From the human T2T-CHM13v2.0 reference genome, Homo sapiens: a stretch of 64,000 nucleotides of DNA. Where the stretch lies: the NCBI RefSeq assembly GCF_009914755.1, contig NC_060931.1; one strand, 5' to 3'. The notes beneath the pieces are model-generated. The model worked only from the letters and a program-made list of their open reading frames with translations. It was not told where the DNA came from and made no database searches. This document shows positions 29,966 through 43,297 of this stretch, piece after piece. The position numbers and the translations under genes are program-made. Each line of letters begins with the position of its first letter. The first letter of the stretch is position 1.

Positions 29966-32339
29966 AGGCATTCTCATCAGTGAAAAGTATTCTGTAAAAC
30001 CAACTGAATGAACAAATCGTGAGCTATTGAACAATGGGAGGTTCTCTATATGAGTGCTTCCAATTAAGGAAGAAGAAATCAACTGTTAAACACCCTGTAG
30101 TGAAAAATGACCACAGTGCGTATTCAATTGAAAGTAAATGAACAGTCTCCTTTGAATTACCAGACCCATTGCTAAAGCTAGCTAAGCCAAGACTACTCTC
30201 AACAATAGTAGAAGGTATGTTCAGCGATTTACCATTTTCCCTAGTTTATAACTCAACATCTTAGAGATCCTCAGACAATTATACCAAAAATGGCACCGCT
30301 TTCTCTGGCAACCCCATCTCCTCAGAAAGCAGGAAGCCACAATGCTAAGACCAGCCTGTCCAGAATTCCAGATTGGGAATGGATGCCAAGGTGGGGGCTG
30401 GTGCTCACATAGCAGGACAGGGGACATACCTGTGATTAGGACAGTGTTACAACACATCCTGTGCCCACGCTTCCATGATTAAACATCTATGAGCAGGGAC
30501 CCCTCAAGTTGGAGTAAGAAAGTTATTTTAAGTCTGATGATGAACAACCTGAGAATACATTTCCAACAGCTCTTAAAGATTGGGGGCATTATAAGTTCCA
30601 CAGAAGACAAAATGCTAGATCTATGTAGTTCTCTAAATAGCAGGACAGAGTGAAAACACGCAGTTAGGTGGCTCTCCAACTTTAAAAGCAGCATTCTGAA
30701 GACGTGGGTTGCCTTCTGAAGATCATCTGTTTATGTCGTGACTGTTTCTCCTTCCGGGTGAAGAAATGAAACCATGACCTCAACCAGTATGACAACCATG
30801 CAATAGCACTTAGCAAGCATGTATTATGCAGCAGGCACTGCTGTAAAGCATTTTACAGGAATTAATTCATGGAATGCTTACTGCAAGCCTATAAGGTAGG
30901 TACTATTATTAACCTCACTATAGCAGTTGAGCAAACTAAAGTCTCACTGACAGGAAGCAGTAAAGCTGGAATTCAAGCCTCAGCATTTCTACTCCCCAGC
31001 CCTCTATCTACCCATGCTCCTAATACTTCACTCAACTGCATGGGGAACCTCAGACAAAGCTACTGTCAGGAATTTGATTAAAAAATAAATTTGACACTAA
31101 GAAATCTTAACAGCTGTGGAAAGATAAAAACTCAATTTGCATTTAATGCTCTAGATTTTACTGTTGCCTATTTTTGTGGAAAAATAATAAAATTCCCTAA
31201 AGTTTTCCATTAAGGCAAAGGGCTTCTGTACACCCAGAGCATCAGGATTGTTTTACCAATAGTAGCAGAGACCAAGGAGGAGAGAAACCAAATCTAAAAG
31301 GCCTTCTCCTGGCCTCACTCCCTTTTTGCTCTCTTTCCCATAGCCCCAAGAGACAAAGGAGGAAAAAATTAAATCAGGAGGCCAGTGGGAGCTAACACAT
31401 AGGTTACTCCGTAAATATGAAAGAAATGTGTGGTCTTTGAAATAAATGACTAGGCTCACTACTCATGGCAGAATGACTTAAAATCAAAGCTCCTGGTTTG
31501 CACCTCAAAAGCTATTTAATGAAAATCTGAATGTATACTATGGGTTGTCAAGAGACTGACAGCTCCTAGATCTCAACTCAGAAGGGATAAAACAGAGACA
31601 GAGAGCTTTTAGTATGCATGAAATATAGCATATACAAAATAGTATTTATTTCTAAAATGAAGGGGATCAGAAGTAAACGAGTCATCTGTGCAGAGGAGGG
31701 GAGAACAATATGGGCAGTAATCATTACATTCACATATTTAAAAGTTAAAAGACTATCAAGTAAAAAAAATATTAGGCTGCCCCTCTATTTCTTTTGAAAA
31801 AATGGAGAGATGCTATAGGGGTCAGAGTTTAGCACAGTACACAGAAGAAGTCTTTAACCTATAGAACTATTCAGCAGTAAAATGGGCTACCTTGAAAAGT
31901 AGCAGGTTCCCTGACACCAGAAATACGTGTTCAACCATAGGCTGAGGAACACATGTCAAGAATTTAACCTTATCTTTAATAGAGGGAGTTATGGAAGCCA
32001 TACATTATGATGACAATAAGAAATCTGGAACAGGCATGGGTAGAGCGTAAACAGAAGTCATGACACTGCCACCCGGGAGAGCTCAGGTGATTGTTTGCAT
32101 CTTAGAGCCTCAGATTTTCTTCTACAGAATAGGCACACCACCACCTACTGTGCAGGGTTGTAAAAACCAGAGGTCATGAATGACAGGCATTTAAAAAACA
32201 GTGGCTTTGATTTTTGTCCAGGTGAAAGGTTTAAAAACCTCTAAAGTCTCTTGCAATATGAAACAGTGGTTCTGCTCAATCATTCTGAACTAGCCACAGG
32301 AACGGAAAAATGAACATCAGCCAGGATGGAGGATAACAA

Positions 32340-32580
32340 AAGCTGAATGCTTCAACACTCACTACAGACCAGGGGCTATGCCAAGAACTTCAAAGACAGC
32401 ATTTCACTTAAGCCTCACAATACTTCTGTGAAGTAATGATTATTATCTTCATTTTACACAGAGGCACCTGAAGTTCAGAGAGGTCAGGTAACTAGCCTAA
32501 AGTCACACAACTAAAAAGTGGAAGAGTTAAGATCCAAAGCAAGGGATGTCAGCTTTTAAAACTGAGATTCTTAACTACTA
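32340..32580 (-). mobile_element. MIR
   Basis: cctcacaatac...attattatcttcattttacacagaggcacctgaagttcagagaggtcaggtaactagcctaaagtcacaca. Confidence 0.8.
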
Positions 32581-32929
32581 ACTTATGCTGCCTCAGGCAA
32601 AATCATAAATAAGGGGGTCATAACTAGATTTGGACAGGTAGGAAAAGAGACTTTAAGAAAATTTTGATGATGATTTGAATATATAAATGAAGTAAGATAT
32701 ATCTCAAAAATCCACATTTTGAATGATGGGGAAGATACTCTACCACAAAGGAAAATACTTAAGGGGAAAGAGATGAGGTGGTTGACCATGATGAAAAACC
32801 TGGAATGAAGTGAGTTTCAGTTATAAACAAAAAGTTAAGAGGCACACAAAAGAAAGCTGAAGGTACAGGTAGAAATACAGATCTGGGAAATTCAGATAAC
32901 AGGATTTTAGAGAAAACATCACAAGGAGA

Positions 32930-33150
32930 ACGTTTACTAAGTTATTAAGTGCATGCTATGTCCCAGGGACTGTTGTGTTTTCCCTGCTTCATCTCTTTGA
33001 ATCCTCTCCACAACCGAGGTGGTCCTACCATCACCTCTGTTCTGAAGATGGAAAAATGAGGTAAGAATGAGCCAAGGGTGACACGGGCAAGGATGAAACT
33101 GAATATGCATCCAGGCAGTCGGCTTCTGGAGCCATGATGTTAGCCTACAC
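32930..33150 (-). mobile_element. MIR
   Basis: tttactaagt...ctatgtcccagg...gatggaaaaatgagg...ccaaggg. Confidence 0.6.
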
Positions 33151-35126
33151 AGACTGCCTGTTCCTTTTAGAGGGGACCTACCAAAAACCAGATGAAGAAA
33201 AAGATGATTGTAGAAATGGGTGAGATCATCCCACAGTGCATACAAAGAGCAGGCAGACAACAAAAATCAAACTGATACCTAAATAAGTGAATAAAGAAAA
33301 TAAGACACAGGGCCTGAAACCTTGTAGCAAATCCAGAGAGCTGAGAAAATGAAGTGTCTCTCTAAAGAGAGCTCTTAACAGTACCAGGCAATGGGTGCTT
33401 ACTAAATGCTGCTGCCGAAGACAGTTACCAACTGAAGACAAATGGCCCTTCCTATCACCTAAGGCCAGAAGGTCCAAGAGCAGGAGTTCTGCAGCTATCT
33501 CTAAGGCAGTTCCACTCAAGTACATGAAAGGAGGCCCAATTTCTCTTTAATATGTGCCAGTGAACTATTTTCTGTTCCCTCTATTCTGGTGCATGATGAT
33601 TAATGCAACAGGCTTTTATTGCAGCAGTTTCCAACTACTTCAACACACCCATTCAGACTGCTGTAGAAAAAAAAAATCAAACTCTTCAAAATTGCTAGTT
33701 GTACAGAATAAACATATATAGGGGTTACACTACTTTAGGTCTAACATTCGTGCTTCTAATAGTTCCAGGCCTGTCATTTCCTTAATAATCTCCAATTTTC
33801 AGGTAGGTATATTTTGAATATAAAATATTCTCTCCATCTCTATTCAGACATGCAAGTTTGTGCTTTAGCCTGAGAACAATTTATCAGGAACAACAACAAC
33901 AATGACAACAAAAACCCAAAAAACCCAGTCCCTCAAAACAAGCAGGAGAGCCAGGTGATTTATATTATAAAGCCAAAAATGCCAAAAAATAAATATATAT
34001 ATTTTTTGAACCCTGGTTAATTTGCATTTTTGTGTTTTGAAATTTTAACAAAATCTAAAATATTAATAAAAGCAAAGAGTTAATAAGGAAATGATTCAAA
34101 ATAATTCCTTTTTAGACATGGTAATAGAAGAATTCTGGGCAAAATGCAGCTAATTGTTTATCGAAACAGGAAACAAAAATGTAGAAAGACGATTTGCCTA
34201 AAAAATACCATATCACATTTAGCCCAAACAATTTCTATATTACATCACATATCAGTACCTGTATACTGGTTTGCATATAAATATCCACTTTATTTTCATA
34301 ATCTATGCTAATTTGAAGAAAAACATTCTAATTAAAATGAAGATCCACATATTTTTTAACAAAGTAAAAATGAAACATAGCAATAAAATAGGTAGAGAGA
34401 TAAGTAGTTACCATTCTTAATTTTGTTCTATGTGTACCTCCCCCCACCCCCCATTTGGCCATGCAGTCAGTGTCAGAGTTGAGGGTGAAATTCCATCCCC
34501 AATTCACTGGGTGAGGCCTTTAATTAAAAGGGTCTTTGGAAGCAGTGTCACATGTGGCTCAGCATGCACTGCAACACCTTGGCAGAAACCAAATACAGAG
34601 CTTTTCCATCTCAATTTCCTTGCTCTTCTAATTTAACGTTAAACTTCACAGTGGGTAACAGCTGGGGAGATGCTGTATAGAGTGTTCATTTTTACCAGGA
34701 TGCTACTGTAAAAACCCTGCACAACAGGCTGCTCAACAAAACAGCAAGCTAACACCACAAACACAACAGCACAATGAATCCTGATTTCCTTTGCCCAGAG
34801 AGTAGAAAGTGTGTGCTGTGGCTGGAACGTGTCCTGCATCTTACTGTCCAAGTGATCACATCTCTAGTTACTCATCACCAAACTAGCAATGGCTTCCATT
34901 TGGACACAAAACAGAATCTCATCTAGTGGAAGAGTTGAAGGCAAACAACACTAATGTGCTCTACTCACTAGTTCATTTGAGAACACCAAATGATGCTGTT
35001 TATGAAACAATACCAAAGCTACATCACAGACCCCACCTGATACAACTTAGAATCAACATAAAAGGCATTCACATAGTGAAAATGAAAATACAACTGGGTT
35101 CTTGGGCCACTAAAAATTCATGGTCG

Positions 35127-35436
<310 letters not shown>

Positions 35437-37109
35437 CTAGATACTTTCACTAATACAGACAAGACAAGTTGGGGGACAAAAGGGAGAGGCAAATGGCTCA
35501 GATTACTCAAACCTAAACCTAAGCAAGGACCTTGTTAATTGTCCACTCATCTGTAAAGAATTACGGCTTCAGCCAGTTCTACTACAAGCGATTATTTTTT
35601 ATGAACACATGAAATCGCTTATTAATTCTAAAGCTAGAAAATTTGGGGTTGCCATGGATGAAGGTATGTTTTGTTTGGTGGTGGTTGGGCGGGGGTAGTA
35701 GCAATTTTGTTTTTAACACCTATAGCCTCTTGTGTTGAAATTGTTGCCTTACACCAGGATGCTATGACAAATAGAGTCGCAAACCGTAACTGATGGTGAG
35801 AAAAAGCCAGGACCACATCTGACCAGCAGCAGTGAATCTCTGGCTTGTAGAGGGACATTGGCAACTACCGTCACCCGGGAGCAGCAGACTTCTAGAGTTC
35901 TACTCTCTAGGGCTCAGGATCTAAATAACCAAAATGTTCATGTTACACAGAAAAGAAGTAGGCTGACCTCTACACTGTGCTGACCAAGAAGCCAAAATAA
36001 TGGTCAATCTGCTTTCTTAAAAAGAACCAAAATTGTTCAGTTGCATTACTAGCATGGGTATGCTTTGGCATCCAACCAGGTTATCACGGGACTCGTGATC
36101 TGAGGACAAGGATCCTTACTAATATGAATGACCAGTCTGGGATGCCAGACACAGCTTTGATCCCCAGGTTCTATTCCTAGCTCTATTTACTACAATTCAT
36201 GTCTTTGGGTTTCATCATCCTCTTCTGACAAAATGAGGACCAGAGTAAAACTATGATAAAATACTCAAGCCCTTGTGATTAGAGCTCTCTGTTGGGTCAG
36301 GTGACCTCATTCTTAAACTCTATTTGATGAGAAGCCATTAGATAGGATTTTTAGCCTCATTCCCTCTCAGGTCAGCTATCCTGTCTCTTAGCTAGCCAGT
36401 GGAATGGAATCCACAACCTCAAAATCAGGCCTCTCCACAATTCAGAGCATTGCAAATTTCTGGATGATGCTTTTAGAGCAATAGCTGGATGACCCCTGGA
36501 AACAGAAGAAATTTCCTGGCTACATAAAGTGCAGAACAAAATTCCTTCAAAAAACCCAACTATACAGGGGCCGTAGGTAGGGTCCTACAGTAAATCATCT
36601 CAACACCAAAGAATTGAAAAGAGGCAGCAGAGCCAATACACCAACACACGTGAACAGCTCTTACATATAAAGCACTACTCTGTAGCCCCTCCTTAAAACC
36701 TCCTCTTCTTCTTGTACTCCCTATTTCAATGAAACACCACCATCCTCCCACTAGCCCAAGGCTAAAACCCAAGAGTCAACCTTGAGTTCTGCAAATCTAT
36801 GACTGTCCCCTTCCCATTAAATCATGAAGCTTTGTCTGGCCTATCCCTGTAAGTTCTCTTGACTCCATTTACTCTGGCCCATCACTGTTACCATCCAACT
36901 GAGACCACAGTTGTTTGACTCTTGGCTTAAAAAGCAACCAACCGGTCTCCCTCTCCTTGGTCACGTTCCTCTCCATTAGATTTACCACACAATAGTAGAG
37001 TGATCCTTCTGAAGCACAAATCTTATGAGGTTTGCCTCGACAGACTTCCCATTAGTCTTAGGATAAAGAGCCGTTTACCTTTACACATTCAGGGTTGCCT
37101 AGTCCAGAC

Positions 37110-37315
37110 CAAAGTTTGCCAAAATGTGGTTCCTGAACCATCCAGAGCATCGCAATTTAGGATGCTTATTGGAAAGGCAGCTTCTTAGGCCCTATTCAGA
37201 ACTACTAAATTTGAGTCTTGGGAGGGGAGGTCGGTGGAGAGGCCTGGGACTCTGCATTTCTAAATACGCATCTCAGATAATTTTTACACTAAAATTTGGG
37301 GGGTAAAAACTGCCA
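37110..37315. mobile_element. MER5-like DNA transposon
   Basis: caaaatgtggttcctgaacca...gcatc...actactaaatttgagtc...ctctgcattt. Confidence 0.6.
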
Positions 37316-38293
37316 GAGATTTAGAAAAATTAATTTCAACTTCAAATCCACCTGTCTAATCTTGAACAAATCCAGAAAACTTCTTTAGGCTTCTGTTCAC
37401 TCAGCTTTCATAGGGAAACAACACCAACAACCTAAGGTGACTGTAAGGACAAATATTAATACAAGAACTTTCTTAGCTAGAAAATGCTATATGAGAGGTA
37501 GCTAATAACAATGTTGTTCTAGTTAACAGAAATATTGAATTTTGTAGTAATCCTAGACTTTTCTATCCTGAGATTGGAACCAGTGGAAACTCCTATGTGT
37601 AGACTGTTTTCAAATTAAAGTAATTACATGTAAAATAGATACCCAAGATTATAAAACAGTATCAAACAAAAAAACCTGGAAATGACAGTACAATGCACCC
37701 CTAAGAACTTGTTGATGATCGCATCTGGCAATTAATGGGTAGGGGTCAGGAATGCTAGATGTTTAGCAATGCATGACTGGGCACTGCCATTCAGATGCAT
37801 GGTAACTTCTAGGAACAGAAAATAGCTGTCTATAGCCTTAGACCTGGAGAAAGTGCAACAGAGTGGGAACGGCATCGTATTCTTGAATTTGTCACACACC
37901 TGTCATCTGACTGCAGAAGCTAAGCTCTAGAACAGCTGCTCTTTACCACCCTTTTGGGATACTTCTTTGGAAACATAATGAAAGCTATGGGCCATTTCCC
38001 TGGAAAATTACTGGTAAATGCAAAATTTTACCATAGAGTAGGTTTATTCTTTTGCATACAATATGTGATAATGATAATCACCTTTTAGGTTATTGGGAGG
38101 ATGCTATTATCAGAAATAATATTTAAAAGCACTTTGTAAATTATAAACATTATACAGATATTAGTTATTGTAACTTTTTTGAAAGTGACTCAGTACTGAC
38201 TACACAATAATTTGGTAGAAAAGTTTTAGAAACCTTTCATTCTGTGCCCCCAAGTGCCTACGACAGTCACCCAATAAAAAAATTGGCAAAGCA

Positions 38294-38480
38294 GGCTGGG
38301 CACGGTGGCTCATGCCTGTAATCCCAGCACTTTGAGAGGCCAAGGCGGGTGGATCACTTGAGCCCTGGCATTCAAAGTTGTAGCGAGCGCTAATGCACCA
38401 CTGCACTCTAGCCTGGGTAACAGAGTGAGACCCTGTCTCAAAAAACAAAAAAAAGAAAGAAAAGAAAAAGGAAAAAAAAA
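38294..38480 (+). mobile_element. Monomeric Alu (FRAM/FAM-like), TSD AAAAAAT(T)TGGCAAAG
   Basis: Single arm of about 150 nt plus A-rich tail between direct repeats. Confidence 0.85.
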
Positions 38481-38810
38481 TTTGGCAAAGGATGTGAATA
38501 CCTGCCATTAGGGTTTATGCCACAAACCTTTAAGGGTTTTTGCTACAAAACAACAAACTCATAGGGCAAACATTTTATACTTACTTGTAGTTGCTCCTTT
38601 TGCACTGTCAGGTGGATATACCCAGATACAAGTCCTAGATTTTTACATTATGAGTGTCTCAAGATTATAGTCTCTGCACCTTTCAAACCTTTGCAAAATC
38701 CTATTGACAAACCCGACATGCTCAGCAAATATTTGCTGAATTGGATGGTTTGCCCGACATGAGTAATCATCATGACACACAAAAAATACCGAGTTTTAGG
38801 TTAATACTAT

Positions 38811-39110
38811 TTATTTATTTATTTTTTTGAGACAGGGTCTTGCTCTGTCGCTCAGGCTGGAATGCAGTGGCCTGATCTCAGCTCACTGCAACCTCTGCCT
38901 CCTGGGTTCAGCGATTCTCCTGCCTCAGCCTCCCGAGTAGCTGGGATTACAGGTGCACGCCACTATGTCCAGCTAATTTTTTTGTATTTTTGGTAGAGAT
39001 GGGGTTTCACCATGTTGGCCAGGATGGTCTCGAACTCCTGACCTCATGATCCACCCGCCTCGGCCTCCCAAAGTACTGGGATTACAGGCGTGAGCCACCA
39101 TGCCCAGCCC
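38811..39110 (-). mobile_element. AluS (Sg-like), TSD TTAATACTATTTAT
   Basis: Reverse Alu; exact direct repeats. Confidence 0.95.
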
Positions 39111-39530
39111 ATTAATACTATTTATCAATTACAGTTCCATCAGATTAGAATAGAAAAATTTCTCCAAATTATTTTCTAAAATACAAAGAATATTAAAATC
39201 TATTTTAAAACTAGCGGCTATAAAATTAGAGGCTTTGCTCTAGGAGCTGGGAGTAGACATACGTGGAGAGGTTTACAGAATATTTTAAAATACACATACC
39301 TACCCACATATACAACTGTATTCACATTCACACATACCATCATTCATGAAGTTATATGGAGATGAAGTTAACTGGGCATTAAAAAATAGCAGCAACAGAT
39401 GTAACAGTATAAATAATGGGGTAAGAGAAATGTGACCCCACTCCCTGCTGAAATCTTTCCATTCCAATGAGGAAGAAGACTACAGGAAGGAGGCTTTGTA
39501 TCCCTGCCACTTGCTTCAATGTTACTAGAT

Positions 39531-39642
39531 GCAAAGTTCAAATCAGTCAAGTTTAGCTCAAATAATATCGAATTAATTTACCACTTGCAAAGTACAAATC
39601 AGTCAAGTTTAGCTCAAATAATATCAAATTGATTCACCACTT
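39531..39642. repeat. 56-bp tandem duplication (2 copies, 52/56 identical)
   Basis: gcaaagttcaaatcagtcaagtttagctcaaataatatcgaattaatttaccactt followed by gcaaagtacaaatcagtcaagtttagctcaaataatatcaaattgattcaccactt. Confidence 0.92.
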
Positions 39643-41816
39643 TATGACTTTTACAACCAAAGCACAGAAAAGGACATAGCAACTCACCATGTAAGCAATG
39701 CCCAGGACTGCCAACACCTTAGTGGGTGGGGACCTGTCCAGACTCTACACAGATAAACACATGACCCAAGTAAGATCCTCACAGCCACATGGTGGTTTCT
39801 AAGAAGCTCACACTTGCTTAGATATAGTAAAACATTTATTAAGTGACAAAAAAAAAAAAAGGAACTGCAGAGAACTGCACTGCCCCACCAATCACACACA
39901 TGTATATACATACATAATAAGCACAGGTAATGTGCTGGCCGGAACCAACCTGAGCTATCTTCTAGGGACCCTCAGTGGAATAGAGGAGTGCTGTCTCTAC
40001 ATGCCATACAAGTTCCCTGAAATCACAAGCACTTTTTGGCTGTCCCTACGGCTGCTCCCCTTCCTCATCATGTGACAGGTAGCAGCATGCACAGTGGCAG
40101 CTTGTTCACATTTCAAGCAACCAAGCATCTGCCTTCACAGCTTTGGCATCAGCCAGGGAGTTGGTGCCTATTTCTGAGTCCTGCCCAAGAACAGAAAGGC
40201 GGATACCTGCCTGACAAAGCAAGAGCCTGAAACACAGCAGATTAAATTCACTAATATCTTTAAGAAGTTACCTGTATCCAGAAAGAGCCCAAAGGAAGCA
40301 AACAAAGCATCTGAAGTAGAGGTCTGAAGCTCTACCTACATTCAGAAAAGAGTTCAAATGAAGCAAACAAAACATGAAATGGAAGGAAGGAAGAAACCCA
40401 ATGGTAGACATTAAAACTGGCATTCAGGTAAAGCCTATCATGGTCCATCCATTAATTCCTATAAGTCCGGATCTGGACTAGGACACAAAAGCAAGGCCCT
40501 GACTGAGATCATTCACCACTATAACCATTGTAATCTAGTAAAAGTTCAGTACTTCTATTCTGGCTACAGAGGCAAAATCATCCCACATAGGACACTGTGG
40601 GATGTTTCCATTTACCATTATAAGTCAAATTTAAGTGAATGCCTTACAAATTGTTTGGAAACATAACCATAGTCCCTGAGTTATTTAATCCTGGACTCTG
40701 GCTTCCCCATATCTGGAGGAAGGCCTAGAGGCTGCTGTGAGCAGTTGAAAATCTACTCAATTCAGTATAATTGACACTTGCTTAGAGGAGGAAACACGAT
40801 CATCCTTACTACTGCTAACATCCCATTAAAACTAAAAGTTAATTAGGCTGTGTTCCATAAAGTCAATTTGAGGCATTTGTCTCAATAACATTATTGTCAT
40901 TATTCCTCATCAAAATGAATACCGCCTCCTACAGCACAACAATGTCCTGTGGAAACAGCAGCAAAAATCCGGCAACTCACATTACATTCTCCATCTGAGT
41001 TACGTAAGTAGGTTTATGTTTACAGAGAACTGAAAACAGGGATTCACAGACATTAACGCTTTGTTTTTAAAAAATACAAAGGCAGGTTTAGGGCATCTTG
41101 TTTATGTTTCCAAAGGCCTGGAAAATAAAAGCAAACTAGACAGCAGGACAAATTATATGAATCATAATAATACCATGAAAATTCAAAAAGAGAAGTACCT
41201 ATTGAAGTTAACCTATCACAAATGCTAGTTGCTAAGAATGGACACCACAAAATCTTTACCAAGTGAGCACCACAACCCGTGCACCCTCCACCTCTACCCA
41301 GAACAGGATTCCAACCACTCCCCAGAGGGCTCTGGCAAGGTCTGGAACACACGAAAAAGCCAGGGGCACCAGGATACCCACTAAGGACATTTCTAGTAAC
41401 AAAGAATTGAAAATTTTCCTCAAGACCCAAAATGTAAACATACCAAATGAGTCCCCTTACATGAGTCTTTTTAAACATATTTAATAAAGTATAAATAAAA
41501 TGTAACTGTTAGAAACAAAGCAAATGCATAAACATCTATATAGCCTATAGATATTGACCTCTAGTGACTACATGATAATGTTGTATTTAAAGTATTTTTA
41601 AATAATGCTGCTGAAGGAAAACTAAGTTATAATCATATTTTGTGAATACTCTTCTCCTTGCATCATCCGTGGCCCAATGATATGATCATATGGGTGGGGG
41701 AAGGGGGTCACGAGAGAAGGGCAGCAGGGACTGGGTTAGGGAAAGTGCACCCCAGAAATGTAGACAACTGCTACAGCGGTTAACCCACATAAGAAAGTGC
41801 GCAAGTGCCCTTAGCA

Positions 41817-41985
41817 CACTGGTTCTCCATGAGGGCCACCCAAGAAGCTTTAAATAGCCCTCAAATACCCAGGCTTCCCCCCTGCCCCCATTAAATCTAA
41901 TCTCTAGAGGTGGGACTGAGGCAACATTAGTTTTTAAAGCTTCCAGGTGATTCCAACATGCAGCCAAGTTTGAGACTAGTGTCTT
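41817..41985. mobile_element. MER5A DNA transposon
   Basis: cactggttctcc...tttttaaagcttccaggtgattccaacatgcagccaagtttgagac. Confidence 0.75.
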
Positions 41986-42251
41986 ATCTATAAAAGGTGT
42001 CAGATGAAATGATTCTGAAGCTGAAGACAAATCTGTCCATTTCCAGGGGAAAACAAAATATTGGTAAGTAGTAACACAGCGAGTCACAAGCCAAAATTTT
42101 AAGTTGTAATTTTGCCCCTCCTGATCTAAGTGACCTTGAGAAAATCACTTGATTTCCCGGGGCCTCAATGTGTATTCCTTCTAAACATGGAGGAGTTCTA
42201 CATAAATCTGTGGAAATCCCATTTAATTCTATGATTTCAACATATTAATAA

Positions 42252-43006
<755 letters not shown>

Positions 43007-43249
43007 TTACAAACTATGGCAGAAATAAAAGAACCCTCAAGGAATCAGTTAAGAAATCAAGGTCAAGAATCCCACCAAATAAAATAAAGGGGGGGAAAAT
43101 CAAGAAGTCTCTCACACACACACAACCTAAAGGCTGTAGGAAACCCAAGTAGAAAGCTAAAACTATTATCATCTCATTTGTTTTTGTTTCAAGAAATAAT
43201 GATTATTTTCTAGGTACAGAGGACAGAATTCAATCTTAGTGGCAGGAAA

Positions 43250-43250
<1 letters not shown>

Positions 43251-43295
<45 letters not shown>
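43251..43295. repeat. (CA)n microsatellite, about 19 perfect units
   Basis: Read directly. Confidence 0.95.

Positions 43296-43297
<2 letters not shown>

Noticed and set aside
41053-41484. Overlapping ORFs of 141, 61 and 73 aa in intron 5
   Set aside because: No recognisable homology or convincing splice sites; compatible with chance.
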